A DNA stretch of 64,000 nucleotides, from assembly GCF_009914755.1 (NCBI RefSeq), contig NC_060928.1. The stretch is one strand, 5' to 3'. Below the pieces are notes generated by a model, which saw only the letters and a program-made list of their open reading frames with translations, had not been told where the DNA came from and searched no databases. The position numbers and the translations under genes were made by a program. Shown here piece after piece: positions 49,601 through 63,926 of the stretch. Every line of letters begins with the position of its first letter. Position 1 is the stretch's first letter. Origin of the DNA: the human T2T-CHM13v2.0 reference genome, Homo sapiens.

Positions 49601-50949
49601 CATTGGGTCACCAAGCAGGGATGAGCTGCCTGGTGTGGTGACTCCAGGTGGCTCCAGGAGGAAGGCAGGGGCCCTCTCATGTGAGTAGCCACATTCCTCC
49701 CTATGGCTTGTCCACAAAATAAGGGGACCTCACGGAGACAGCTCTGTGCACCTGTCATGCTGTATCGTTGGAGGGATTGGAGCAAGGCTGCAGCTTCCTT
49801 GGGGTTGGATCATCACAGGGGCCATAGTCATGAAGCCGATTGGCTGTGAACTTGGGCTGTGGGGTCCAAAGACCCAGGGTTAACTCCTGGCTCTGCCACC
49901 AGCCAGCTGTGTGACCTTAGCCAAGTTACTTAGCCTCTCTGAGCCTCAATTGCCTCATTCATAAAGTGGGGAACCTAGCACAGTGCCGAGCAGCTGCTCA
50001 TTTACTGCAGGCACAGTCACTGAAGCTGAGAATTATGAAGCTGATGAGGATAGAGGGTCCAGCATAGAAAGTGCCACCTACAAGCACCTACTATGTGCCA
50101 AGACAAGGAGACAAGAAGGTGACGTGATTTACTTCTGGGCATACAGCAAGAACATGGCAAAGCTGGACCTGAGCATTGGGATGCATCAGCGCCTGCGGTG
50201 CCTGGTGGCTCTGAGCCTGTAGCAAGCTCCCTGGCTGAGGTCTGGGGCTGTGCCCTAGAGGAGGAGCCCCTACGGCCACTCCTGCTGGCTTGTGGCTGGG
50301 GCAGCATCAGCAGATGTCTTCAGTCCATCTGGCAGGTCTCACTTGCTTGGTCTGAGAACCTGCCCCACAGGCCTGAGCTCTGCAGGGAAAAGAAATAAAA
50401 ATAGCCAGGTCTGAGAGGGCAGTGGCTGGGCCGTGGGCAGCAATGCGTGCCTTTCCCATGACTCCTGCTCTGCAGAGGAGAGTCCTTCCCTGAGCCGTCC
50501 TGTGTGCCAGGCCCTGGGCTGGGTGCCCGGGAAGCGAAGTTGTGGCAGGCAAAGCTGCTCCCCAGAGGAGCCCATAGCTTGGTGGGTAGAACATATTTGT
50601 CCAGTGCGGCACCTTGGGGTGGGGGCCCGAAAGGGCTAGCAGTGGAGCATTGCAAGAGAGACCCCCTCACCCACCTGGGGGAACACAAGGTAAGCTTCCA
50701 GAAAGAGGACACACTGGAGAAAACAGTTGTTAAGCAGAGTGGCGGGGGGCTTTCCAGGCAGTGGGACCAGCATTTGCAAAGGCAGAGAGGTGTGACAAGC
50801 ATGTCCCATTGAGAGAAGTGTAAGTACCTGGGTACATCTGGAGGCTGGGGTGTCTATAGGGACAGGATGGAGGGTTGCGCTAGGAAAGCAGGGAGCCTGG
50901 GACTGTGGGGACGATGGGGAGCCAAGGGAGGTTATAAAGCAGGGGGTCA

Positions 50950-51085
50950 CGATCTCTCCTTCTCAAGATCCATAGCCTTAATCCCATCAGCAAAGTCCCT
51001 TTTGCCAGGTAAGGTAACATAGTCGCTGGTTCCAGGGATTAGGAGGTACACTTCTTTGGGGGGTCATATTCTGCAGACCCTGTCT
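50950..51085 (-). mobile_element. MLT1 LTR terminal fragment
   Basis: gcaaagtcccttttgccaggtaaggtaacat...ggttccagggattagg. Confidence 0.7.
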
Positions 51086-52618
51086 CTGTAATAAACTGCA
51101 CTGAATCCTCATCCAAAGGCTTCTAGGGACTCCAACTAAGACACCCCCAACCTTAATTCTGGTCCCTGGGCTCCCCGTCACAGGCCCCAGCACCAGATCC
51201 TTGGCTCAGCCCCTCCAAAAATCTTGGCAGGTCATTCTCTAAACAGGCGAGAGCTGGGTTCAAATCCTGCCTCTGCTGCTTACTTGATCTGTGACCTTGG
51301 GCAACTCACCGGTCTCTTTCAGAGCCTCAGTTTCCTCATCTGACAAAGGGGGTAAGGGGCCCAAGAGATTACTAAGCAGGTTAGAGGGTCAATAAGTGCC
51401 TGGCGCATAGTAGGTGCTCCAGAAACAAGAGCTATTGTCAGTTACCAGGTAGTTCTAGCCCTTTGTTTCCTTCCCCTGTGCAGAAAATAATCATCATAAT
51501 TACACGCTCTGCTGTCATCCTGACCTGCAAACCCTCCTAGGGGCAAAGAAGTTTGTTTTGTTTATTTGTTTCCTGGATGCAAAGAATCTGTTGATTTCTC
51601 CAAGGCTGGCGCTGGCTGAAATTGTCCCAGCCAACACTGAAGCTGCCTAGAAGGTGGCTGCAGTTTTGGGGTGGCACCGGAAAGGGCTCTTTTAAGGAGC
51701 CACCAGCACCTTCGCCTCAAAATCAAGAACAATACCAGGCCCCATGCCAGCCACAGGAGTAATTAGGCCAGATGGTTTCAAGGCAGAAATTCCAGTAGTC
51801 CCTGAAATGCTATAAATCGAGCCACAGACAGGAGGTGTGGTGACTTGACAGCAATTTCTCCCCAAGGCAAGGCCTCCGCGGCATCACAGCCAGCCTTCCC
51901 TCCATTCCACTGCAGAAATAAATGAAGTTATGGATGTTGGTGTTTCTTTGCGGTGAATCAAATGGATTCCCTGTGAATGCTGTTTGATATTCTTCTTGAT
52001 CATGTCAACTAGACAGAATGTGTCTTTCTAGCATTTGTTTTTCAAAAAAAGATGTGTGAAATAGGAATTTTCACATAATTCCTGAACAGGTTTTGGTGGC
52101 AGTGGTGTTTGTTTTCCAAAAGCCGGGACAGGAACTGCAGAGCCTTCTAGTGCTTTCCTTCATCTTCTCCCCAGTGCAGCCGGAACTCGCCCCTGGGGTG
52201 GCCCACTCTCCCCCACTGAGAGCAGCAGAGACAGCCAGCTGCACAGGCTCGGGATGTGGGCTGGGAGAATGCTCCCCCGTGAACTCACAAGCACATGTTA
52301 GGTGCTGTGGATACAAGAAGCCCAGTCATATGGAGAGTATGTGGTTGGGCGGCCAGGCTTTGGAGCCAGTGGCCTGACTTGTTGTCCCAGCTCTGCCACT
52401 CCCTGGCTTTGTGACCTGAGGCAAGGTTGGTATTTCTCTCTGCTTCCATAACATGGGATAACAGTGGCACCCACTTCATAGGGCAGTGAGGGATTGATGT
52501 ATAAATACAGGTAGTCTGCAGAAGCTCACCTGGCAGACAGTGGGCACCCAGCAGACGCTAGTAATTTAACTCTGCTGATAAGGCCCCTTGTTAAGCAGAT
52601 GACAGGCAAAGTGAATCA

Positions 52619-53880
<1,262 letters not shown>

Positions 53881-56112
53881 GAACTAACTGGCCCAGGTCC
53901 TTCTTCTGGGAGGTATGAAAAGCAGAATTTAGACCCAAGTTTGAGTGACTACCCGACATGAAAGCCCTTGCCTTCTGTCTATTGGATGGGTAAAATTTAG
54001 CAGAAGTGGGTGGCTTCAGGAAAGAAAATACTTTACCAAGGGAAGACAAGAGGAGACAGAAAGAGATGAGAGATCAGTAGGCATGAAGCCAGGAGAATGG
54101 GTGTCAGGCTGCTTCCGCTGTGTGACTTTGGCACACCACTCACCCTCTCTGGGCTTTGGGTCTCCACTCTTATATAAAGGTTAGATTGGGAGGGCATCCA
54201 GGGCCTTTCAGCTCTAAGGTCTAGGGTGGGGTGAGATGGGATGCCCAGGCACGTTGTGAGAGCTCCACTAGGCATAAGTACTCACCCCATCCCAGGATCC
54301 TTGGAGAGCCCACAGTTGGAGGGTAGGGATAAGTTACAGACAAACACCAATTGGCAAATGTTGGCTGAGCACCTACCACGTACCAAGCTCTGTCCTAGGC
54401 TAGGCTCCTGCTCTGAGGCTGACATCCCGTTGGGGAGTAAAGGCAATAGAGAAGTAAGCAAACAGAAATAGATCACACGGAGAAACAAAGATGGGTAATG
54501 GGGTGCAGGTGCTCAGGGGTGGGGCTGCAAGAGTTCCTGGTGGAGGAGAAGGCTGCACTCTGGTTGGTGGCCCCCGGAAGCACCCTGGAAAAGGTGGCAT
54601 CTGGGCCAGGCTTTGAGCCTGGTTTCCCAAGCCTTTACTGAGCACAGGTGCTAGAGATAGAGAATTCAGGGGCCCATCATTGTGGGGAAGACAGACATGG
54701 CAGCGAACACATCACAGCACAGCCCAGGACTCACCACCACAGGAGTCTGCCTAAGCTATGGGGCAGGAGAGATGGGGATAGCAGAGCATCTCATGGGAGA
54801 TTTTCCTGTTGAAAAGGACACATGAGCAGGGCTTTGAAGGATGAATACATTTCTCAGAGCTGGGAAGTATGCCCCAGGCTTGGGGAACCGCCAGTGTGAA
54901 GGCACGAGGGTGTGCAGCAGAGGCTTGGTGCGACTGAGGGCTTTGGGGTCGGCTGACAGGTTTGTATGCAGGTGGCGCTGCAGGTTTGTATGCAGGTGGC
55001 TCTGGATAAAGCAATTAGCTTCTACGAAGTCCAGTTTCCTAATTTTCTCAATGAAGGAGAGTAATAATGCCACCTGGTGAGGGGTGTTATTTTTTGCGAG
55101 TACTTTTGAGTATTAAGTGGTGTAGGGACTCTTGTTCTTCCCCAGTTCTGCACTGCTGGATCACATGGCATCAAGGGAACAGAGATGGGGAGTGAAGTGA
55201 ACTAGCTCCATTGTATTCTGGGTATGCCCCTTCGCTGTACATTGGCCACCCACTGCTCTTATAGAGAATCCCCTTCTGGGACCTCAGTACTCCACAGGGA
55301 GCCCACCAGTTCCAAAACTCTAACCATCTCAGCCCAATCCATCTAAAGCAACCCATCCCGAATGTCATATTTTGGGGACCTTCCGTTTCTGAATTTGGTG
55401 GCCAAGGATGAGTGAAATTCCTACCCAAGCCTAGGGACCTTGAGGGGGCTGCTGTGTTACACACATCCCAGACCCTGGTGGTGGCGAAGCTGCCTCTCAT
55501 CAGGAGCGGTGGGGCAGGTAGACATTCCTGCCACCAAGGTCTCCCAGTCTGAGGGGAAGGAGCCTCAGGGATCTGCCACCCAGTCCAACTTTTCCATGTG
55601 GGAAAGGGAGGCTCTGAGAAGCAAATCGCCTGCCTTTGACCTGGTGCTTGCTCTAGGCAGGCTCCATGCCAGGAGCTTTCCCTGAGGGGTCTTCTCCCAG
55701 TCACTTCTTCCTGGAAGATGCCAGCTTCCTGCCATTGCCCTCAGAGTATGAAATAATTATGGCATGTCGACATAAATATAATATCCATTTTAATAGCTAT
55801 CATTTATATCCGTTTTCCCTATAAACACTGTAGCATCATTGGCTGTTACTGGCAATCCTGTGTTTTAGGAATGACCCAAATAGGGCTGTAAATCTTCAGC
55901 ACTGTCTGATCTTTATTTATGCATTCAATATATATGAATTTTGAGCACCTGCTGTGTGTGACGCCCCGTTCTAGGAGCTGAGGAGGCAGCAGTGAACAAG
56001 TAGACAGAGCCCTGCCTGTCTTCCTGGAACTTACAGTTAAAGGGGGAGCAAAGCCATAGGTAAATACGTATATGACGCAGCACGTGTTGATTAGCGCTAA
56101 GAAGAAAAAAAT

Positions 56113-56500
56113 CAGGTGGGCATGGTGGTGCATGCCAGCAATTCCAGCACCTTGGGAGGCCAAAGTGAGAGGACTGCTTGAGGCCAGGAGTTCAACACCA
56201 GCCTGGGCAACAGAGGGAGACCACATCCCCGGTGCCTCTGACCCCCCCACCGTCTTCTCTAAAAGAATTTTTAAAAATCAGCTGGGTGTGGTGGCACACT
56301 TATAGTCCCAGCTACTCTGGAGGCTGAGGCAGGAAGATTACTCGAACCCAGGACTACAAGGCTTCAGTGAACTATGATTGTACCACTGCACTCCAATGTG
56401 GGCGACACAGACCCTGTCAAAGAAAGAGAGAGAGCATAAGAAAAAAAGCAAGAAGGAAGGAAGGAAGGAGGGAGGGAGGGAGGGAGGAAGGAAGGAAGGA
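56113..56500 (+). mobile_element. AluJ-like with GGAA/GGGA tail
   Basis: degenerate Alu consensus. Confidence 0.85.
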
Positions 56501-57489
56501 GTGAGTCAGTTGACACAGAGGGGTGGGTGTTGTGCTATTTTATTACCACAGAAGATGTTTAAGTATAGTGGGTTGAATGTTGGCCGCCAAAACATACGTC
56601 CATATATTGATTAAATTTGACAAAATCGTTCCCGGCTGGGTGCAGTGGCTCACACCTATAACTAAATAATCATTTCCAATTCCTTCACATGCTAATTGTC
56701 CAGATGCAGGGTACTTCTGGGCAATGCAGAAGCAGCCCCGGGAACGGTTTGTGTGGTTATAATGATGACAGTAAGTCGGAAGCCAGGAGGGAGGTCGGGT
56801 CAGGGTCTGGCCTTCAGGCTCCGTGTAGGGAAGCCTTCTTTGCTTGGGTGAATCCCAAAAGGGACAGGGATTCACCAAACATAAGAAGGGGCTTCATATA
56901 CTGGCAGATGGATCAAAAGATGAGTGTTCACTGCTGGAGGGTCCGCCCATTGTGTGCATTTTAGAGAGATGCGAGCCAGCTCGGAGAGAGGAAGTAACTT
57001 GTTCAAGGTTTCACTGTGCCACATGGCTGCGCTGGACTCAAACCCAAGTCTGTTTGAGCTCAGTCTGGCTGCAAGGTCATCTCTGAAACAAATTCACCAG
57101 GTCGGTGCACTAGGACTCTAGCTCAGGCAGCCAGGGAGAGGGTGATGCTGTAAATAGAGCGATGAGGGAAGGGGCCCCTGTGTGGAAAGGCAGTGAGTCA
57201 GCCAGGAACATGCTGGGGGCTGGGGAGGGTCCCACCAGCAAGGCGGACAAGCCCAGGAGGCGGTTCTGGGCCTTGGAGAAAAGCTGGGGTAGGGGAGAGA
57301 TATTAGGTGTCCTTCCATTTTCATGTTACTTAACAGCTACTGGAGTGGAGGAGACTGCCCTAGTGGTATGCAGAATGATAAGAAAGGAGGTATAAGAAAG
57401 GAGGGATAAGAAAGGAGGGAATGGGAGGGACAGAGGAAGAGGGGGTCCTGGAGATGGGCAGTCAGAGCTAAGTAGTGGGGGCTTCAAGG

Positions 57490-57690
57490 AGGGATGGTCG
57501 TGGGTGCTGGTATTTATTGAGTGTTTGCTGTGTGCCGGGTACCCTCTGTGTGGATTCACTTACCCCTTCACCGCAACCCTCTGAGGCAGATACTATTATT
57601 ATTATGCCCACTTTACAGATGAGGAAACTGAGAGGCTAAGTAATTTACCCACATCAGTGAGCTAATCAGCCAGTGTGCTTAATCACCGTG
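57490..57690. mobile_element. MIR (one of many; others near 28200-28330, 31010-31140, 33640-33700, 48780-48940, 49870-49970, 51250-51420, 58570-58645)
   Basis: MIR core ttttacagatgaggaaactgag or its reverse complement. Confidence 0.75.
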
Positions 57691-58507
57691 CTCCCCTACT
57701 TCTGGTGACATTGCTGATGACGTTGTTGATTTTCCATGGACTGGGTGGAGGGATAGAAGTGAGGAACAAATTTGGAAGCAGGAGACAACCACACCTCTGA
57801 TCTGGTTTGGCCCTACAGGGATAGGCAAGCGGAACAAGGCGTTATTCCTCTGTCTTTTCCTGCACTAGGAAGCCGAAACCCTCAGAAGGTCAGGGCCTTG
57901 CTCAAGGTCAGACCATGGGGCTATGCCAGAGGCTTGAACTCTCTTTAGGCCTGGAATGATGTTACTACCCCTAAGAGAGGAGAGCCACTGAGAGGAGAGG
58001 CTGTCAGAATGCGGGTGCAGGCCTGGGGTGGTTAAGAGAGAAGGCCATGATGTGGGCCACCTTGACTGACAGCATCTGAACTGAGATGCCTAGTTAGTAT
58101 CCCAAGTGAGGGTCTTGGTCCCATGGGGAGGCAATGGGGAGATTATCTGGTCAGGGTTTTATCTTGGCCTCATTCATTTAAAAGTCATCTCAGGATGGAT
58201 TTTAATGATACTGTGTGGCCCAGTAGCAAGCACAGGGCTAAAATGAAATCCTGGTGCTGCCTTTTAGTAGCAGTGTGGCCTGTGCAAGCCACCTAAGTCT
58301 CCAGAGAAGCCTTGGCTTCTGTGGCTGCAAAATGGGGATCATCTCTTCCCTGCCTGGTATTGTGGGAGTTAAGGACAATGTGAGCAAAGCACTTGGCATG
58401 CACCTGGGGGTCAGTAAACAGGAGCTGGCATTGCTCGTGTCAGGTGACAGGTGAGGATTTGTATATCATTTATCAAAGTGTAGCTTCATTGAAATTTTGT
58501 TTCTAAA

Positions 58508-58538
<31 letters not shown>

Positions 58539-59863
58539 GGCACAGAACAAAGGAGATTTTTGAAATCTTCCTGCCCAAGTCCCTTGTTGTGCAGATGGGG
58601 AAACTGAGGCCCAGAGAGGGAGATTATGTACCCAAGATCACAGAGTCGAAGAGGCCTGGCCCCTGCCTGCCGTCAGTCCGTGTGCCACACGACATCACAA
58701 AGCATCCCGGACCCAGCCTCATCCCTGCTGTTCACTAAGCATACACATTACACAATCACTGCCCCAGATGGCAGCTGCTAGAATCCTCGCTAGCATCGAA
58801 CATCCAAGTCAGAGGGCACTCAGAGTCGTCAGCTTCCTCCAGCATTGCCTTACCCGGCTGTAGGGGTTAAAAAGCTGTGGCAGGTGCTCCTGAGACTAGA
58901 GAAATGAAATGAATGATCTCAGACATACACAGGAGACAATGGTTTCTTCTCAGAAAATGCTGAAGGGGGAGTCTACCGCCTCCACACCAACCCTGCCTTA
59001 ACGCAGGAGTCCTCTGGCCTCATTTGCATTCCCTAGGGATCTTAGCCCACAAGAGGGAGAAAGCTACTGTTCTCCTGAGTTTAAGTTGGCTGATCTCTAC
59101 CCGGGAGCCTGAAGGAAGGTCGTAGGCAGCGTGGCACACTACAGGGGGTAAGGGGCTCATGCAGAAGAGCCCTGTTCCTGATTGCTCAAGGGAAGGTGGG
59201 ATTGTTTTCTCCCTGATGTGCACTCTGACTACATCACAGATGATAGTTCAGTCCTGCACCTACAAACTGGCAGGCTCCGTGCTGGGCTCTGGGCATATGA
59301 AAATAAGCACCACAGGCAAAATGCCTGCTCTTGTGAGATACAGGTCTTGAGTGAGGAGGCTGAGATGAATGAGGAAACAAACATACAAACGAGATGATCT
59401 CAGATACTGATAAGAGCTGTGAATAAAGAAACAAAATATAGCAGTGGCATCATGACTGGGAAGGTTGGCTACTCCAAACTGGGCATCTAGATGTCTCTGG
59501 GCAGGTGACATCGTAGCAGGGCCTTTAACAAGAAGGAACCAGCCACGCAGAGGTCTGGGGAGGGAGTTCCTCACAGAAATCAGCAGATGCAAAGGCCCTA
59601 AGGTTGGAGTCAGCTGAGACTCCTAGGATTTTTATCAAAATAATTTGGAGGACAGGAGGCTATTTTGTTAAGAAAACAAAGTAAACAAGACACTTTCTTT
59701 CCCTAATCTGTCATCTTTCCCCACCAGCTCCAAATCCTATTAATACAAGATAATTCCTACTTAAAAACCTCTTCTTCCAAGAAGTCTTCAGGTTCTACTA
59801 GTTCATGGTAGAACTAGTATAAAAACTGGTCTGTGGCAAAGTAATAAAAAAAAAGGTCAATAA

Positions 59864-59867
<4 letters not shown>

Positions 59868-59894
<27 letters not shown>
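59868..59894. repeat. (GT)n microsatellite
   Basis: seen directly. Confidence 0.95.
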
Positions 59895-61635
59895 CACTAT
59901 ACAGGTGCCAACCGTGTTTCCTTTCTTCAGAACTGAGATATACTGTTATTACTTTTCAAAAAATTTTGCTGTTAATACTCTTTTGTAAAATATGATGTAG
60001 ATGACAGATATGTCACCAATGTAGCAAAAATCAAAAGCTGACCATCCTTTGCAAATCCCCCATACTTTGGTCTGTGAAATCCTGGAGCCTGGAGGCACCT
60101 GTGAACTAGGCTCTGAAGCTCTGCTACTCTCCCCTCCTCTACTCCCAAGTGGCCCTGGATTTCCCATACCCTTTCCATTCTCGACACTGTTTTTAGAGTT
60201 TGAGTTCCAGGAGCACAGGGACTGTGCGTTCCCGGCACTGAGCCAGGTCCACAACAAGCACTCAGAAGAAACTGACTGAATGAACGTGTGATTTATGACG
60301 ATATACATTCACCTGAGCGAATGCTCAGAGAATACAATTAGAAGCAAACTGGTTAAGGGAGACAGTAGTGTAAAGGAAACGAAACCCCATATTTCAGAGC
60401 CAGGAGCCTGGGTTCACATTCTGTCTCCTGCAAGAGGTGGTTTAGCAAGGTCAGAAGGCCCTGTCCACTCGGTAGCAGCCAGGCTTGGGTGAAATCACTT
60501 TCTTTCAGCCTCAGCTTCCTCACCAGTTAAATGCGGATGACAAAGATTTGTCCCACGATTTTTGTAAAGAACAAAAAGATATGTTCGCAGAAAAAACACT
60601 CTGTAGATAGTACGTAAGCGACAGTTCCTCGGTTTGTCCTTCCATGGATGCATGGAGCATCTAGCCAACTCAGCAGATGACCCCTCTCCAGTGTTTCAGC
60701 ATCTGCTTCTCCCACAAGCCCGTGAGCTGGTGCAGGAAATTCTCCAACAGGTTCTGAACAGAAAAGCATAGTGCCTGGCACCTAGTGGGTGCTGCATAAA
60801 TGAACAAATGACCCCAGGTAAGTCACTCCTCCCATTGGACCTCTTTCTTCTAAGTAATCTCCCTTCCTTTTCCAGGTCCATGATACTTATTTGCTTTTTT
60901 AGAACAGGCCTAGGAGTCACATTTAGGGAAGGTAGGTGGCTGTGAAGACACTTTGATTAAAAGGTTAATGCACATTTTTGGTTTCCACTTTCGAAGCTTC
61001 CAGAATTTATTTTTGCCTAGTTAATAAAAAAAGAGCCATGTCACATTTCTTTAGCTTGTCTTCTGGGTTCCTTAACAACAACAACAAAAAATTAAAGTCT
61101 TTATTTTAAGCCGCCTACTCCAGCCATCCCAGGACGCGGCGAGGAGGGGGCGCGGACAGGTGGCGCGCGAGCCCGGGAAGGCGGGGGCTGCACCGGGCCG
61201 CGGGCGGGGCCGTGCACGCCGAGCCCCACTTCCCCAGCGCGGGCCGGGGGCGGGGCGCGGCGGCAGAGTTCGGGGGCTTCTGCCGAGGGCAGTCCCACGT
61301 GCCCCTCCGCGGGAGACGTCTCCTCTCCGACGCCCAGCACGCTGGGGGGCTCCCGCTTCCTGCCTGCCCTCTCTACTGCTTGCCCTCTCACCTCCCAGCG
61401 GCTTCCGCCGCCCCGGCCAAGCTGCACGGCGCGTCCCGGGCCCTAGACCCCCACCCGCCAGGCACCAGCCCCGGCCTGTCCCCTCGCGCCGTCAGCCCGC
61501 GGCCCACCGCCCGCGCGCGCCCGCAGCCCAGCCGGAGGGAGGGGCAGGGGCGGGGACCGGCCGGCGCTGATGTAATCCCGGCACCCGGGCGGAAGGATAT
61601 GGAGCGCGCCCCTGGTTGGCGGGGCGCTGAGGCCA

Positions 61636-61648
61636 GTTGCCGGGTAAC
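61636..61648. promoter_or_regulatory. RFX X-box-like motif GTTGCCGGGTAAC
   Basis: fits GTNRCC(N0-3)RGYAAC; lies just upstream of the putative first exon. Confidence 0.7.
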
Positions 61649-61649
61649 G

Positions 61650-61830
61650 GAGCGGAGCGGCTCCCGGCGCGCCGCCTCCCGCCCTCCGCGGAGTGGCGCT
61701 GGGGCCGCCGCCGCCGCTTTACGTAAGGCGCAGGCCAGGGCCGCCCGGCGCTCGGCAGCCGCCCGCAGCCCCTCGGAGCCAGAGGAGAGGCGCCCCCGCC
61801 GGCCGCCGCGCCGCCCGGCAGCCTCGGCAG
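61650..61830 (+). other. non-coding first exon (5' UTR) of a + strand gene extending beyond the window
   Basis: No ATG in the interval; donor-like sites TAC|GTAAGG after 61722 and CAG|GTACTG after 61830; start position approximate. Tentatively resembles the ZBTB40 5' end from memory (unverified, so no symbol given). Confidence 0.6.
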
Positions 61831-61894
61831 GTACTGCGGGCAGGCGGCGGGGAGGGAGGGCGCGGAGCAGCCCCTCGGCCGGGTGGGCGCGGGC

Positions 61895-62195
61895 CGGGGA
61901 GGCCGGACGCTCGCCGCCGTGGGGCTCCGGGGCCAGCCCGAGGGAGGCCGGGCCGCAGCCGAAGGCTTCGGGGTCAGCCCAAGGGAGACAGGGCCGCCGC
62001 CGTGGGCTCTGGGGCCAGCCTAAGGGAGGCCGAGCCGCCGCCGAGGGCTCCGGGGCCAGCCTGAGGGAGACCGGGCCGCCGCCGGGGGCTCCGGGGCCAG
62101 CCTGAGGGAGGCCGGGCCGCCGCTGATGGCTCCGGGGCCAGCCTAAGGGAGACCGGGCCGCTGTTGATGGCTCCGGGGCCAGCCGAGGGAGGCCT
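61895..62195. repeat. GC-rich VNTR, 41-bp period, ~7 copies, inside the CpG island
   Basis: ggggYcagcc recurs at 61929, 61970, 62011, 62052, 62093, 62134 and 62175. Confidence 0.95.
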
Positions 62196-63926
62196 GACCG
62201 GCCCCGATCCTGGTGGTGCCCGGGCGTGCGGGTGAGCTGTGGGCCCTGGGACCCCCGCCCCGACCCCAGGACGCCGGGACACCAGCTTGCGGCTCTTGCG
62301 CCCGGGTGGGCTGTGGACGATGAGTCCGCACAATGGGTTGCCGTTGGCTGCCTCCTGCCTGGGGCAGGTGTCGCCGCGCCGGGGCGGCTCTTCTAGGGGA
62401 GACGAGGCGGGGGTGCTTAGACTTGATAGGACGTAGAGCCCCGAAAGTGGGCGCGGGAGGAAGGCTTCGGCCGGTGGGAGGCGCCCGGCGTCCCCGGCAG
62501 CGGGGTCAGGCCGGCAGCCTGGGCCGCTCGCTCGCGTTCCCTCCGTTCCCCTCCCCTCCAGCATTGTCCTTTTGGGGCCCCGGGAAGGGAAAACCGCCGG
62601 GCGGGGGAGGAGGGCCGCAGGCGGGCGGGGCCGGGAGGCCGGCTGAGCGACTGGCGCGCCGGCCTATGGCGCGGGGCGCGGCGCGGGGGGCGGGCCTGGC
62701 GGGCGGGGCCGGTGCGGCGCAAGGTTTGGCGAAGGTTACAGCTGGAGCTAGGAGTGACAGGCCCACAGTCATCCGTGCGCTGCGCGGCAAACCCTGTCGC
62801 GAGGGCGCCCCGAGTTGCTGCGGGGCCTGATCCGGCTCCTTTCCAACAATACGCGTCTGCAGCCGGCATTTCTAGAGCTCTCTGCTTCTTCCCGCTGGAG
62901 AAACCAGTGTGTGTCGTGTTGGAATGCTTCGTCTTGCCCTAGAATTCAGCTTGCGTCTTGTGGTGCGCAGGTGACAGGACCTGCCGAACTCTTGGTACAG
63001 ACCCCTAAATCATGGCAGAACTGTCTTGATTTCTTTTTTGCCACCTTTCCGTTTTTGTCCTCTATAGGCAAGCTATAAAGATTTAACCCAGTTAAAAACA
63101 GGAGGGAGATTCAGCGGAGAGGAGGCATGCGAGATTCTTTGGAAAAAATTATATAAATGTAGTTCTTGCTAATAATTACCTGGGTTGGATACTTTGACTT
63201 ACTGTTCAAGTTCCTAAGAAGGGATTTTACATTTCTGGGTCTTGTTTTAAAAACTGTTAGAAAGCTCGTGAGGGGGTAGGGACAAGCAGTTTTGGTAATA
63301 GGCGATGCTGTGGATAAAACTGTGCGGTAAAATGCCCAAGCTAGATTCTTCCTATGCAAAATAAGACCCGTTCCAGAACACTTTGACCATTTCGTGGACT
63401 TAGAATTTAAAGGCGGGTGAGGGCGGGGGGGGAGGAGGAGCGGATTCTATCACTCTGCATCCTCAAGGTCAAATATTCTTCCATCAGTTATTTTGGATTG
63501 AACCATTCTTAAATAGGTCTCAGGATCTCTATGTCGCTTCCTTATGACAGAACCTATTTCCGAGAGTGTGCCTTTGCATATCTATAGAAGCTCCTTTCAC
63601 TTAATATATCTTATAACTCAGATTCAATTGCTGTACTTGCTAAATAATGCATTTTTAATCATTCAAAAAGTGGTTTACAGCTTCCTTGGGTATAATGGTT
63701 TTTATGTAAGCCCGTTACATCAGTGAAATGCCAGTTTTTAAACATTGAAGGGAAGGGAGAATATTATTCTTATTTATTTCCATAGGAAGTAGAATTCAAA
63801 GTGCAGGTGCTTTTTTGTTTGCTTTGGAGAAAAAGTATAGGTCTTTAACATGACGTTAACAGAAGTCAAATCTAAGGATAATTAGCTTGTTATGCAAGTT
63901 GCAAACATTTAAGAAGATCAGATGAA

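Larger units (their letters stand above)
61110..62870. promoter_or_regulatory. CpG-island promoter with multiple GC boxes
   Basis: ~1.7 kb of very high GC and dense CpG, several GGGGCGGGG boxes, sharp AT-rich borders. Confidence 0.95.

Noticed and set aside
54957-55004. 24-bp tandem duplication caggtttgtatgcaggtggcKctg
   Set aside because: Simple two-copy slippage with no further structure
59796-59819. 9-bp hairpin tactagttc/gaactagta
   Set aside because: Short enough to be expected by chance in 64 kb
61895-62195. 41-bp periodic array as CRISPR-like repeat-spacer structure
   Set aside because: The variable parts are diverged copies of one another, not unrelated spacers
61101-62942. Ala/Arg/Gly/Pro-rich ORFs up to 297 aa in the CpG island
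   Set aside because: Stop-codon scarcity in very GC-rich DNA; mostly non-ATG starts and no recognisable domain
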